A stretch of DNA of 64,000 nucleotides, from contig NC_086097.1 of NCBI RefSeq assembly GCF_963921235.1, forward strand, positions 32,986,001 to 33,050,000, written 5' to 3'. The translations under genes were made by a program, and so were the position numbers. Positions 24,201 to 38,192 of the stretch are shown in pieces. Numbering within the stretch: the first letter of the stretch is position 1; each line of letters starts with the position of its first letter. This stretch comes from Mobula hypostoma (lineage: Eukaryota). Below the pieces are notes generated by a model. The model saw nothing but the letters and a program-made list of their open reading frames with translations. It searched no databases and was not told where the DNA came from.

Positions 24201-27200
24201 ATTAAAATGGGAATATTGATTTTTAATAAATCCTGTCTGATCATCCGAAACTATAGAAGATATATTTTCAGGTCTGCGAGCCAACACTTTAGATGAAATT
24301 TTGGTATCAAAACTGAGTAAAGAGATGAGTCTATATGAAGAACATTCAGTAGGATTCTTATTCTTTTTGAGAATGAGCGAAATGGAAGCTTCGTAAAAAG
24401 ACTGTGGTAATCTTCCTACCTTAAAGGAATCTGTAAGGGTAGAACATAAATGTGGTATAAGCAAGGAGAAAAAAGCCTTATAAATCTCTCCAGAGAATCC
24501 ATTGCATCCTGGGGATTTCCCAGAATGTAATTCTCGTATAGCCTGAGCAATTTCCTCCTGAGAATTAGGTTGATCCAATTGTCTACGATCATCTATCGTA
24601 AGATTAGGAATAGTTAATTGATCTAAAAATTATTCATTACAATATTATCACTAACAGAGTCAGACCTATACAATTTGGAATAAAATTCCCCAGAAGTGTT
24701 ATTAATTTCAAAGTGGTCAGTTGTCATGTACCCATTAATTTTACTTTAATTTGCCGCTTGGCTATAAATGGCTCCAATTGATTAGCCAGTAGCTTACCAG
24801 TTTTATCTCCATGAATATAAAATTGACTTCTATCTTTTAAAAGCTGGGTTTCAATTGGATACGTTAAAAGAAGATCATATTCAGTTTTGGTTTCAATACA
24901 GCTCTTATATATTTCAGGATCGGGTATCGAAGCGTATTTATGGTCCAGTTGTTTTAATTGATTGGCTAGTTCGTTTCTCTCTTTGTTAGCTTTTTTAATA
25001 ATGTTTGCAGTATAAGAAATAATTTGACCCTGGATATATGCTTTAAAAATATCCCATATAATAAGACTAGACGTCTCTTTCAACGTGTTTTCTTCAAAAA
25101 AAAAGAGTAATTTGATTCTCCATAAATTTTAAAAAGTCCTCATCGGATAACAGAGTTAAATTAAATCGCCAAAATCTACTCATAGGGATAGGACCAGGAA
25201 GATTTAAAGAAGTACAGGAGAGTGGTCAGAAATAGCAATCTCTTTATATTCGATCGATAGAATCAATGGAATCATTTGACTGTCAATAAAAAAAAATCAA
25301 TCTTGGTATAAGAATGATGGATATGAGAGAAAAAAGAATACTCCCTGTCCGTTGGATGAAGAAAATGCCAAACAGCAACTATTCCACATTTAGTTAGAAA
25401 GGATTGGATAAACAAAGCTGATTTATTAAGTGTGGCTGGTTTGACAGACATGTGATCTAATACTGGATCTAACCAGCAGTTAAAATCTCCTCCCATCACG
25501 AGAGAGTAAGTACACAAATCTGGCAAAAACGAAAATAGATGTTCAAAAAATCCTGGATCGTCTACGTTGGGGGGCATATACATTAGCAAAAACTATCAAT
25601 TTACTGTCTAAACTCCCTGATACAATAACAAATCGACCATTAGGATCCGATACAACTTTGTGCTGAACAAAGGAAACTATTATCTACAAAAATCGAAACT
25701 CCACATGATTTTGCATTAAACGAAGAATGAAATTGCATATCCTTCCACCGAGTAAAAATAGTAAGCTATCACAGCTGCGTATGTGCGTTTCTTGTAAGAA
25801 AATAATGGGTGCTTTTAATTTTTTAATATAAGCAAACACCTTGTTCCGTTAATGGGGTGATTCAGCTAATGGGGTGATTCAGCCCTTTCACATTCAAACT
25901 AAATAAGTTAATATTTTGAACCATTTTAAATACAAATCATCATGTAATTAAAAGCTCTGGCCATAAGTTGTTAAAACTAGAAAGCAAACCGTAAGGTAAG
26001 GTAGTCAAACAGGCAATCATATAATCAACCCATCACAGCTCCCAGAGAGAAATAGGCCCTGTGCCTTCCCCACCCAAAGCTAGAAGGCTGACCAATAGAC
26101 AGTCAGGGAGCTAATAACTAAAAAGTTTTTTCCCCAAAAAATCCTGTTGACAGAAACTCTGGTCCTTCAAGGTCAGTTATGTCCCTACCAAGACACAACA
26201 TAAAAAGAAAAATAACTCAATATTCGAAAATATAAAAGGATCAATTTAAACAAATTCAAAGAAAGCTATATTAAAATAAAGCCTCAATAAGGGATGTAAT
26301 AAAAAAGTATCAAAAAAAAACAATATATGAACAGCCAAAATGTAAGCTTATTGAAACCTTATTTCAAATTCATATTAACAGAAGAAAAAATTGATCAAAT
26401 AAGAAACATAACAGTTTTAGACTTCAGCCTTCAGAAACTCTTCTGCGTTTTCAACCAACTTTTTTTTTTGCAATCCATTCTTCAAGATAATACTCAGATG
26501 GGTGGGAAATCGAAGGGATGGTTTAAATCCTTTATTGTAAAGTTCTGACATAACTTTATATTTCATACAATCAGCCATAACTTCAGGCGAATAATCTTCC
26601 ACAAATCTGACCTTGTAACCATGGAAATCGATCATTCCTTGTTGACGGGTATGGCGAATTAAAAGGTCCTTAATACAAAATTCATGAAAATTTAGAATGA
26701 CCGACCTGGGTCTCGCTGCCGATGACAATGGCTTCGAAGTCGGTAAGCGATATGCTCGATCGAGCTTCGGCTCAGAAGTGAATAAAATGGAATAGCTGTT
26801 TCAGAAAGTTTGCAAAGAACTTCAGAGGGTCAGCGCCTTCAACTCATTCTTCAAGACCCAGAATTCGCAAATTATTTCTCCTGTTTCTATTTTCTAGATT
26901 GATAATCCTTTTCATCATTTTTTTCATTGGATAAGGATAACTCTTTGCAGAGTTTAATTGTATCTTCAACATCCTCTTCAAGTGTCACCAGCTTTGCAGT
27001 ATTTTCCTGAATTTGGTCCTCATGCTCAGTTAAAGTTTGTTGGATTGTATCCAATTTGCCATTAAGTCGTAGAAACTCCTCAGAAAATTCCAAACTTTGC
27101 CGTATAAGGAAGTCACTGATTGAATCCAAAGTGACTGGGGATTCATCTTCTGTTTCCCTTTCTTTTGCAGAAGCTTTTGTTCTTTTCCCAGCCATAGTAG

Positions 27201-27317
27201 AGCAGTATTACAGTATTATAATAAGATTTCAAAAAAAAAACTGGTAGGAGACAATAAAGTAAATAGGGTAGGAGCAATCTAAGGCAATGTTACTCCATCA
27301 GCTGCCAGCAGGGCTCT
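18210..27317 (-). mobile_element. Full-span L1-clade LINE (5' UTR, ORF1, ORF2 APE-RT-CCHC), decayed, carrying a Gypsy insertion
   Basis: 13-bp TSD atcaccatttttc at 18197-18209 and 27318-27330. ORF1 starts at 27195 (coiled coil, RFVEDYS). ORF2 starts at 25924 (SLNVKGLNHP) with GGDFN, KSPG, LLYADD and C-terminal CDRC..HMFWTC. Many frameshifts. Confidence 0.93.
19739..23520 (-). mobile_element. Ty3/Gypsy LTR retrotransposon (CsRn1-like), internally deleted
   Basis: 3' LTR 19739-19993 (TG..CA) preceded on the minus strand by a poly-G PPT (19997-20013). Partial 5' LTR at ~23372-23520. Order: Gag (CFYH-x9-C-x3-C), protease (LVDTG), RT (KIDLVRGYHQIP, YLDN), RNase H (LAFFS), integrase (HGLAHP, HVDIVGPLP, SDRG, GPY). 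Frameshifted. Confidence 0.95.
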
Positions 27318-27481
27318 ATCACCATTTTTCTACACCAACTTCATCTCCTGATTCCCTTCATTTATTTTCCTTTTTGTTTCCTAGTGTTGTTCTGTCCTTC
27401 AGTTGCAACTTGAATACTTCTCCTACCGCCAGGGATGAACCAATAGATTTGTAATTGGATATGCAATGGCAAGCATTTAAA

Positions 27482-30400
27482 GATTCCCCTCAACAACAAG
27501 TATACCGCATTGGATACTGTTGGAGGGGATGGCTTACCTGGGACTAGCTGCAGTAGCCGGATCTCTGGCACTGGGTCTGGCTCTGCAGTGCAGAAGGGAA
27601 GGGGGACAAAGAGGAGAGCGGTAGTGATAGGGGACTTGATAGTTAGAGGTGCAGATAGGAGGTTCTGTGGTCGTGACAGAGAATCCAGGATGGTTTGTTG
27701 CCTCCCAGGTGCCAGGGTCAAGGATGTCTCTGATCAATTGCATGACATTCTGAAGTGGGAGGGTGATCAGCCAGATGTCGTGGTGCACATCGGTACCAAT
27801 GACATAGCAAGGAAGAGTGAGGAGGTCCTGGAGAGTGAGTATAGAGAGCTTGGTAGGAAGTTGAAAAGCAGGACCTCGAGGGTGGTAACCTCAGGATTGC
27901 TACCTGTGCTATATGCCAGTGAGGGTAGGAATAGGATGCTCTGGAGGATGAACAAGTGGCTAAGGAACTGGTGTAGGGGGCAGGGTTTCAGATTTCAGGA
28001 TAATTGGGACCTCTTCTGGGGCAGGTGGGACCTGTACAAGAGAGACGGGTTACACTTGAACTACAGGGGAACCAATATCCTTTCAGGGAGGTTTGTTAAT
28101 GCTATTGGGGGGGCTTTAAACTAGATTTGCAGGGGGATGGGAACCACAGTACCAGAGTGAAAGTGTGGCTGGGGTGAAAATAAATGATGTTAAAAGTTCA
28201 AGCAAATCCACTAATAGAAAGGTTGTGAGTGGTGGTAAAAATCTTCTGAGGTGTATATATTTCAATGCTAGGAGTATTGTGGGGAAGGCGGATGAGTTGA
28301 GGGCGTGGATTGACACGTGGAATTATGACGTTGTAACAATCAGTGAAACTTGGCTACAGGAGGGGCAGGACTGGCAGCTTAATATTCCAGGGTTCCGATG
28401 TTTCAGATGTGATCGAGGCAGAGGAATGAAAGGTGGGGGAGTGGCATTGCTTGTTAGGGAAAATATTACAGCAGTGCTCAGGCAGGACAGATTAGAGGGC
28501 TTGTCTACTGAGTCCTTATGGGTGGAGCTGAGAAACAGGAAAGGTATGGCCACATTAGTGGGATTGTATTACAGACCACCCAATAGTCAAAGAGAATTGG
28601 AAGTGTAAATCTGCAGAGAGATAGCAGGCAACTGCAGGAAACATAAAGTTGTGGTGGTAGGGGATTTTAATTTTCCATATATTGATTGGGTCTCCCATAC
28701 TGTTAGGGGTCTAGATGGTTTAGAGTTTGTAAAATGTGTTCAGGAAAGTTTTCTAAATCAATATATAGAGGGACCAACTAGAGGGGATGCAATATTGGAT
28801 CTCCCGTTAGGAAACGAGTTAGGACAAGTGACAGAAGTCTGTGTAGGGGAGCACTTTGGTTCCAGTGATCATAACACCATTAGTTTCAACTTGATCATGG
28901 ATGAAGATAGATCTGGTCCTAGGGTTGAGGTTCTTAACTGGAAGAAGGCCAAATTTGAAGAAATGAGAAAGGGTCTAAAAAGCGTGGATTGGGACAGGTT
29001 GTTCTCTGGCATGGATGTGATCGGTAGGTGGGAAGCCTTCAAAGCAGAAATTTTGAGAGTGCAGAATTTGTATGTTCCTGTCAGGATTAAAGGCAAGGTG
29101 AATAGGAATAAGGAACCTTGGTTTTCAAGGGATATTGCAACTCTGATAAAGAAGAAGAGGGAGTTGTATGATGTGTATAGGAAGCAGGGAGTAAATAAGG
29201 TGCTTGAGGAGTATAAGAAGTGCAAGAAAATAAAGAAACAAATCAGGAGGGCTAAAAGAAGACATGAGGTTGCCTTGGCAGTCAAAGTGAAGGATAATCC
29301 AAAGAGCTTTTACAGGTATATTAAGAGCAAAAGGATTGTAAGGGATAACATTGGTCCTCTTGAAGATCAGAGTGGTCGGCTATGTGCGGAACCAAAGGAA
29401 ATGGGGGAGATCTTAAATAGGTTTTTTACGTCTGTGTTTACTAAGGAAACTGGCATGATGTCTGTGGAGTTAAGGGAAACAAGTAGTGAGATCATGGAAA
29501 CTGTACAGATCAAAAAGGAGGAGGTCCTTGCTGTCTTGAGGAAAATTAAAGTGGATAAATCCCCGGGACCTGACAGGCTGTTCCCTCGGACCTTGAAGGA
29601 GACTAGTGTTGAAATTGCAGGGGCCCTGGCTGAAATATTTAAAATGTCGCTGTCTACAGGTGAGGTGCCGGAGGATTGGAGAGTGGCTCCTGTTGTTCCG
29701 TTGTTTAAAAAAGGATCGAAAAGTAATTCGGGAAATTATAGGCCAGTAAGTTTAACGTCGGTAGTAGGTAAGTTATTGGAGGGAGTACTAAGAGACAGAA
29801 TCTACAAGCATTTGGATAGACTGGGACTTGTTAGGGAGAGTCAACACGGCTTTGTGCGTGGTAGGTCATGTTTGACCAATCTATTGGAGTTTTTCAAGGA
29901 GGTTACCAGGAAAGTGGATGAAGGGAAGGCAGTGGATATTGTCTACACGGACTTCAGTAAAGCCTTTGACAAAGGTCCCACATGGGAGGTTAGTTAGGAA
30001 AATTCAGTCACTAGGTATACATGGAGAGGTGGTAAATTGGATTAGACATTGGCTCGATGGAAGAAGCCAGAGAGTGGTGGTAGAGAATTGCTTCTCTGAG
30101 TGGAGGCCTGTGACTAGTGGTGTGCCACAGGAATCAGTGCCGGGTCCATTGTTATTTGTCATCTATATCAATGATCTGGATGATAATGTGGTAAATTGGT
30201 TCAGCAAGTTTGCTGATGATACAAAGATTGGAGGTGTAGTAGACAGCAAGGAAGGTTTTCAGAGCCTGCAGAGGGACTTGGACCAGCCGGAAAAATGGGC
30301 TAAAAAATGGCAGATGGAGTTTAATACTGACAAGTGTGAGGTATTGCACGTTGGAAGGACAAACCAACGTAGAACATACAGGGTTAATGATAAGGCACTG

Positions 30401-31133
30401 AGGAGTGCAGTAGAACAGAGGGATCTGGGAATACAGATACAAAATTCCCTAAAAGTGGCGTCACAGATAGATAGGGTCGTAAAGAGAGCTTTTGGTACAT
30501 TGGCCTTTATTAATCAAAGTATTGAGTATAAGAGCTGGAATGTTATGATGAGGTTGTATAAGGCATTGATGAGGCCGAATCTGGAGTATTGTGTTCAGCT
30601 TTGGTCACCAAATTACAGGAAGGATATAAATAAGGTTGAAAGAGTGCAGAGAAGGTTTACAAGGATGTTGCCGGGACTTGAGAAACTCAGTTACAGAGTA
30701 AGGTTGAATAGGTTGGGACTTTATTCCCTGGATCGTAGAAGAATGAGGGGAGATTTGATAGAGGTATATAAAATTATGATGGGTATAGATAGAGTGAATG
30801 CAAGCAGGCTTTTTCCACTGAGGCAAGGGGAGAAAAAAACCAGAGGACATGGGTTTAGGGTGAGGGGGGAAAAGTTTAAAGGGAACATTAGGGGGGGCTT
30901 CTTCACACAGAGAGTGGTGGGAGTATGGAATGAGCTGCCAGACGAGGTGGTAAATGTAGGTTCTTTTTTAACATTTAAGAATAAATTGGACAGATACATG
31001 GATGGGAGGTGTATGGAGGGATATGGTCCGTGTGCAGGTCAGTGGGACGAGGCAGAAAATGATGCGGCACAGCCAAGAAGGGCCAAAAGGCCTGTTTCTG
31101 TGCTGTAGTTTCTATGGTTTCTATGGTTTCTAT
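27482..31133 (+). mobile_element. Young CR1 LINE: ORF1 SGNH-esterase domain plus near-intact ORF2
   Basis: ORF1 27510-28124 (VIGDL, HIGTND, DGLH). ORF2 is covered by 28165-28608, 28651-29997 and 29918-31108, i.e. one stop and one frameshift. FADD intact. Tail (ttctatggt)n. Confidence 0.96.
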
Positions 31134-33145
31134 CACATGGATGAACTACAACAATTGTTCATCCCAGTTTGGCAAAAGAATAAATCAAGGAAGGTAGTGC
31201 ACCCGTGGCTGACGAGGGAAATTAGGGATAGTATCAATTCCAAAGAAGAAGCGTACAAATTAGCCAGAAAAAGTGACTCACCTGAGGACTGGGAGAAATT
31301 CAGAGTTCAGCAGAGGAGGACAAAGGGCTTAATCAGGAAGGGGAAAAAAGATTATGAGAGAAAACTGGCAGGGAACATAAAAACTGACTGTAAAAGCTTT
31401 TATAGATATGTGAAAAGAAAAAGATTGGTTAAGACAAATGTAGGTCCCCTACAGACAGAAACAGGTGAATTGATTATGGGGAGCAAGGACATGGCAGACC
31501 AATTGAATAATTACTTTGGTTCTGTCTTCACTAAGAAGGACATAAATAATCTTCCGGAAATAGTAGGGGACAGAGGGTCCAGTGAGATGGAGGAACTGAG
31601 GGAAATACATATTAGTAGGGAAGTGGTGTTAGGTAAATTGAAGGGATTAAAGGCAGATAAATCCCCAGGGCCAGATGGTCTGCATCCCAGAGTGCTTAAG
31701 GAAGTAGCCCAAGAAATAGTGGATGCATTAGTGATAATTTTTCAAAACTCTTTAGATTCTGGACTAGTTCCTGAGGATTGGAGGGTGGCTAATGTAACCC
31801 CACTTTTTAAAAAAGGAGGGAGAGAGAAACCAGGGAATTATAGACCGGTTAGCCTAACATCGGTGGTGGGGAAACTGCTAGAGTCAGTTATCAAAGATGT
31901 GATAACAGCACGTTTGGAAAGCGGTGAAATCATCGGACAAAGTCAGCATGGATTTGTGAAAGGAAAGTCATGTCTGACGAATCTCATAGAATTTTTTGAG
32001 GATGTAACTGGTAGAGTGGATAGGGGAGAACCAGTGAAACGTGGTATATTTGGATTTTGAAAAGGCTTTTGACAAGGTCCCACACAGGAGATTAGTGTGC
32101 AAACTCAAAGCACACGGTATTGGGGGTAAGGTATTGATGTAGATAGAGAATTGGTTGGCAGACAGGAAGCAAAGAGTGGGAATAAACGGGACCTTTTCAG
32201 AATGGCAGGCAGTGACTGGTGGGGTACCGCAAGGCTCAGTGCTGGGACCCCAGTTGTTTACAATATATATTAATGACTTGGATGAGGGAATTAAATGCAG
32301 CATCTCCAAGTTTGCGGATGACACAAAGCTGGGTGGCAGTGTTAGCTGTGAGGAGGATGCTAAGAGGATGCAGGGTGACTTGGATAGGTTAGGTGAGTGG
32401 GCAAATTCATGGCAGATGCAATTTAATGTGGATAAATGTGAAGTTATCCACTTTGGTGGCAAAAACAGGAAAGCAGATTATTATCTGAATGGTAGCTGAT
32501 TAGGAAAAGGGGAGGTGCAACGAGACCTGGGTGTCTTTATACACCAGTCATTGAAAGTGGGCATGCAGGTACAGCAGGCGGTGAAAAAGGCGAATGGTAT
32601 GCTGGCATTTATAGCAAGAGGATTCGAGTACAGGAGCGGGGAGGTACTACTGCAGTTGTACAAGGCCTTGGTGAGACCACACCTGGAGTATTGTGTGCAG
32701 TTTTGGTCCCCTAATCTGAGGAAAGACATCCTTGCCATAGAGGGATACAAAGAAGGTTCACCAGATTGATTCCTGGGATGACAGGACTTTCATATGATGA
32801 AAGACTGGATGAACTAGGCTTATACTCATTGGAATTTAGAAGATTGAGGGGGGATCTGATTGAAACGTATAAAATCCTAAAGTGATTGGACAGGCTACAC
32901 ACAGAGAGTGGTGAATCTGTGAAATTCTCTGCCACAGGAAACAGTTGAGGCCAGTTCATTGGCTATATTTAAGAGGGAGTTGGATATGGCCCTTGTGGCT
33001 AAAGGGATCAGCGGGTATGGAGGTTAGGCTGGTACAGGGTTCTGAGTTGGATGATCAGCCATGATCATACTGAATAGCGGTGCAGGCTCGAAGGGCCGAA
33101 TGGCCTACTCCTGCACCTATTTTCTATGTTTCTATGTTTCTATGT
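31134..33145 (+). mobile_element. CR1 LINE, 5'-truncated, different subfamily, abutting the previous copy
   Basis: [53 protein letters not shown]. Tail (tttctatg)n. Confidence 0.95.
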
Positions 33146-34949
33146 CCATGTGTTATTCAATTTCAAATATAGGTATTAACTAATCACCAATGCTTGGGCA
33201 CTACATATTTTTCTAAAGATGGTATATAGCAAAAGATCGGCTGTCCTTTCCCAAGATTCTTTGAAGATACTGGATTAAACCCATCTCAACAGAGAACTTT
33301 ATTCTGTAAATTTAATTTATCATAAAACCATAAGACATCAGAACAAAATTGGGCCATTCCATCAATTATCCCTCTCAATCCGATTCTGCTACCTTCTCCC
33401 TGTAACTTTTGATGATCTTATTTCCCTGTTAATATCTGTTTTCGCTTTTAAAACCCCTAATTTCAATCTCATCACCTAGTGTCATGTCCACCTGATCTAT
33501 TTCCCTGGTAAATATTGAACGAAAGAATTGTTCAAAATTTCTTCCATCTGCCTATTATTACCTGTGGTATTATCCCATGTCTCTGAGTGACCCCATTCCC
33601 ATTCCAAACTTTCTTTTTTCTTGACAATTCTAACCTGATCATCAAACCTGCAGATGCATGGAGACTGGTGCCCTGACCTTTTTCTTGTGGGGGCCTGTTG
33701 CCAGCTTTTTGACATCTCCTGATGGCTTTCTCTGGACAAAAACCTCTCCTCCCATCCTTCCTGCTGGAAGAATGTGATTCCTTTTTCTCAGTATCTCTGT
33801 TCTCAAGCCAAGGCCGGATGCTTTAAGGCTTCTGAAATGTCCTCCTCCACTGGAAACAGGCCTCCTCTCAGTTAGAACATAGAATATAGAACAGCACAGG
33901 AACAGGCCCTTCAGCCCAAAATACTAAACCGAACCAAAACAAGTAATCAAATGGCCAAGTAAACAAATTCTTAAAAATTCCTAATGTAGCCTTTCTCAAC
34001 TTTTTTGCCCTGGAGCAACTCTTGAAATAATTTTCAGGTCTCAGGGAACCACTGCATAAAAAAAAAGTATTATATCTACAGCTCATGGTACATGATCGGG
34101 GAGCTGTAGATATAATAATTCAAAAATAATTGTCAATGCTCTTTTGTGTAGAGAATGAATTTTTAGCCAACATTTCTTTAAAATAAACAGGTAATTAAAC
34201 TTAGCTTACCTTTCTTGAAAATACTCTCCCTTTCATAACTTTTAAAAACTCAAGAGGTAAACATAATAAATTTCTGTTAAAGAACTGGCTTAAGCTAAAA
34301 TGGAATTTAATTTTTCTAAAGGTAGGCTCAATAGATTTAACTTAAATAAAGGTTGTAAATTGATTTTAATTGATGCTTTTTACAACATGAACATTTATTT
34401 GCGATGTTGAAGCAGTGTGTTATGACAACATCAGAACTTTTAAAAATTGAATTGACTTTATTTCTTGCATCCTTCATATACATGAGTAAAAATCTTTACA
34501 TTATGTCTTCATCTAAATGTGCAGTGTGCAATTTATAGTAATTTTTAATAAATAGTATGTACAACAGGACAGTTAATATAACATAGACATACAATTGTAT
34601 CAGCATGAATTAATCAGTCTGATGTCCTGGTAAAAGAAGTTGTCCTGGAGCCTTTTAGTCTTGACTTTTATGCTGTAGAACCATTTCCTGGGTGGTAGCA
34701 GCTGGAACAGTTTGTGGTTGGGGTGACTCGGGTCCCCAATAATCCTTTGGGCCCTTTTTACGCACCTGTTGCTATAAATGTCCGGAATAGTGGGAAGTTC
34801 ACATCTGCAGATGTGCTGGGCTGTCTGCACCACTCTTTGCAAAGTCCTGCGATTGAGGGAATTACAGTTCCCCTACCAGGCAGTGATGCAGCCAGTCAGG
34901 ATGCTCTCAATTATGCCCCTGTAGGAAGTCTTTAGGGTTTGGGGACTCA

Positions 34950-37900
34950 TTAGATTAGGTTAGATTAGATTCAACTTTATTGTCATTGTGCCGAGTATAG
35001 ATACAAAGCCAATGAAATGCATTTAGCATCTGACCAGAAATGCAAAGAATAATGTTATTTACAAAATAACTGTGAATAAAAAGTTAATGCTTCAGCACAC
35101 AAATATAAAAGTACTGAGGCAGTACAATACGGATGCAATACTGCTTAGCGCTGTGATGTGAGGTTCAGCAGAGTCACAACCTCGGGGAAGAAGCTCTTTC
35201 TGTGCCTGCTGGTGCGGGATCAGAGGCTCCTGTAGCACCTACCAGATGGGAGGAGAGTAAGAAGTCCATGGTTAGGGTGAGATGCATCCTTGATAATGCT
35301 TTTCGCCCTGCCCAGGCAGCGTTTATGGTAGATGTTCTCAATGGTGGGCAATTGGGTGCCGATAATCCGCTGGGCAGTTTTCACCACCCACTGGAGTGCT
35401 TTGCGGTCCGATATGGGACAATTGCCATACCACACTGGGATGCAGTTGGTGAGTATGCTCTCAATGGTACAGCGGTAAAAGTCCATCAGTATCCTGGGAC
35501 AGAGGTGAGCTTTCTTGATGCTCCGCTGGAAATAAAGGCACTGTTACGCCTTTTTGACCAGGATGGAGGAGTTCAGGGACCAGGTGAGATCCTCGGAAAT
35601 GTGGACACCAAGGGATTTGAAGCTTGATACACGCTCCACTACGGTTCCGTTGATGTAGCTGGGGACATGAGTGTGACTCCTGGCATGCCTGAAGTCCACC
35701 ATGACGACCTTGGTCTTCTGGGTGTTAAGGGCCAGGTTGTTGTCGGCACACCATGCGGCCAGGTGCTGGATCTCGTCCCTGCAGGCCATCTGGTCGTCCC
35801 TTCTGATCAGGCCAACCACCATGGTGTCGTCTGTGAACTTGATTATGGAGTTAGAACCATGTACAGGAACGCAGTCATAGGTGAAAAGGGAGTACAGAAC
35901 AGGGCTCAACACACAGCCTTGAGGCACGCCGGTGTTCAGGGTGAGAGTGGAGGAGGAGAGGTTGTTTATCTTAACTGATTGGGGTCTGTTAGTCAGAAAG
36001 TCCAAGGTCCAATTGCAGAGGGATGAGCTGATACCAAGCTGGCGAAGTTTAGCGATCAGCTTGGAGGGGATCACAGTATTGAATGCTGAACTAAAGTCAA
36101 TGAACTGCATTCTGATGTAAGAGTTGGGGCTGTCCAGGTGGGTCAAGGCAGAGTGAAGTGCCGTGGAGATGGCGTCCTCTGTTGACCTGTTGGTGCGATA
36201 GGCAAATTGATGGAGGTCCAGGGTAGTGGGCAGACAGGATTTCAGATGTGAGAGAACCAGTCTCTCAAAGCACTTTGCAATGATGGGGGTGAGTGCAACT
36301 GGGCGGAAGGCATTCAGGCCCGTGGCAGTGGAATGCTTCGGCACTGGCACGATGGTGGCAATCTTGAAGCTTGTGGGGACAACTGCCTGGGCCAGGGACA
36401 GACTAAAAATGTCTGTGAAGACCCCGGCCAACTGCTCTGCACAGACTCTGAGCACACGGCCAGGTATTCCATCCGGACCAGCTGCCTTCCGTACATTCAC
36501 CCTGCTCAGGGTGGCGCAAACATCGGAAGTGGAAAGTGAGAGAGGCAGTTCACCAGGTGGGAGATCCACTTTGAGGGTGACCTCCTTGTTCTCTCGGTCA
36601 AAGCGAGCGTAGAAGTAATTGAGCTCATCAGGGAGGGAAGCAGAGCTGGAAGGGGGCACAGTACTGTTACGTAACCGGCAACAATGAATATCAACCGAGA
36701 CAGGTTATATAAAAACAACCAAACATTTATTAAACACGGATAAATGATAAGGTAAAAAAAAAACAAACGAAAACTTTAACCGGAAGTTAACCGATATGCA
36801 GCCGTTCAACAAATTGACACTCAGCACTGGTTCTTAAAGTGTTAAATGCGAACACAGTTCTTAAAGCGATAAAGTCAAATATAGTTCTTAAAGCAAAAAA
36901 TTTGAAAGTCCAACAGATTTATATGTTCAATTGGGAGAGACTTCTCTGGAGAAGGATTTCTTCACAGACGCCGCTTTCCTGCTGGTTCTGTCCACAGGAT
37001 TCACGATGCCGAAAATAAACAGTTTAAAACAACTGACCTTAAATTATTTTAGAGTGAGAGCAAACCTTTGCATGAACTACTTGCTCTTTTTGGCAAGAGT
37101 TATCCTCGATGCAGGTCGCTACTCCGCCAACGAAGACTCAATAAGGTCGATCCTTTATTAAACTGCCAAACGATACCGACTCCTCTCGATCCTTCGGTCC
37201 TGTACTTCGATGAAGTCTTCACTCTCCCCTCTACTGTTGGAATTGAGTAAATCAACACATCTAGCAAAAATTTCCAGTCCAATAATATTGCATTTTGCAA
37301 CAGAATGCATACTCCGTTTTAAAAATGAAACTGTGTCACAGAAACAAACATGCAACAGAAATGGAGACACAGTACGTTCTACCTGGAAATCTACAAACGA
37401 CCCTTATATAGCCATGGTGCACATGTCATCACGTGACCTCACATCGGCGGGAAAATCACATCAGGTGACCTCCAAAAGACCATTACGTCATTCTCACACA
37501 AAAAAAACACAGATCTCCTTGAGCATGTAACAGTACTAAGTGGTTTGAAGTCTGTAATGACCTATGTGCCATGCCACATGCGCTGGGGGTCTGAGGAATT
37601 GAAATGCTCCTCGATTCTCTGTTTGTATATGTGTTTAGCCTGAGAGATTCCCCTCCTCAGGTTGGCCCTGGCTGAGCTGTAAGCTTCCCAGTCTCCAGAC
37701 CTGAAGGCTGAATCTCTGGCTTTGAGCAGGAGGCAAACTTCTCTGTTCATCCATGGTTTCTGATTGGGGAAAACTTTTATTTGTTTTAGTGATGTCACTC
37801 TATCTACACACTTAATTGATGTACTCAAGGACAGAGTTGGTATATAAGTCAATGTTAATCTGAGAGTCTGTGGTGGCATGGGCAGCAAACGCACTCCAGT

Positions 37901-38192
37901 CTGTGTGCTGGAATTGGTGCTGAAGAGCAGAGTCAGCACCCTCCAGCCAGAACTTAATAGTCTTCATTGTGAGTTTCACACTTTTAATGACCGGGCTATA
38001 TTTGGGAAGCGGAAACAATGAAAGATGGTCAGACTGTCCCAGGTGGGGGAGGGTAGTGGCTTTGTAAGCATCAGCTACATTTGTGTAGACATAATCTAAG
38101 GTTTTATTTCCCCTTGTGGTGCATGATATATTTTGGTAAAACCTTGGAAGCACGGTACGTAGGTTACAATGATTAAAGTCCCCAGTGACGAT
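34950..38192 (-). mobile_element. Rex1/Babar LINE copy B, 5'-truncated in APE, containing a solo LTR
   Basis: 371-aa RT ORF 35544-36659 ([34 protein letters not shown]). APE remnant TLDYVY..SDH. Tail (aatct)n. Confidence 0.93.
36665..37532 (-). mobile_element. Solo LTR, 868 bp
   Basis: Inverted termini TGTTAC...GTAACA. 4-bp TSD gtac at 36661-36664 and 37533-37536. Minus-strand TATATAA (~37405) and AATAAA (~36726). Interrupts the Rex1 ORF. Confidence 0.92.

Noticed and set aside
31002..32060. 352-aa ORF as a novel gene
   Set aside because: Chance read-through from one CR1 3' tail into the ORF2 of the adjacent truncated CR1.
36828..36895. Three spaced gttcttaaag repeats
   Set aside because: Internal tandem repeats of the solo LTR, not an independent array.
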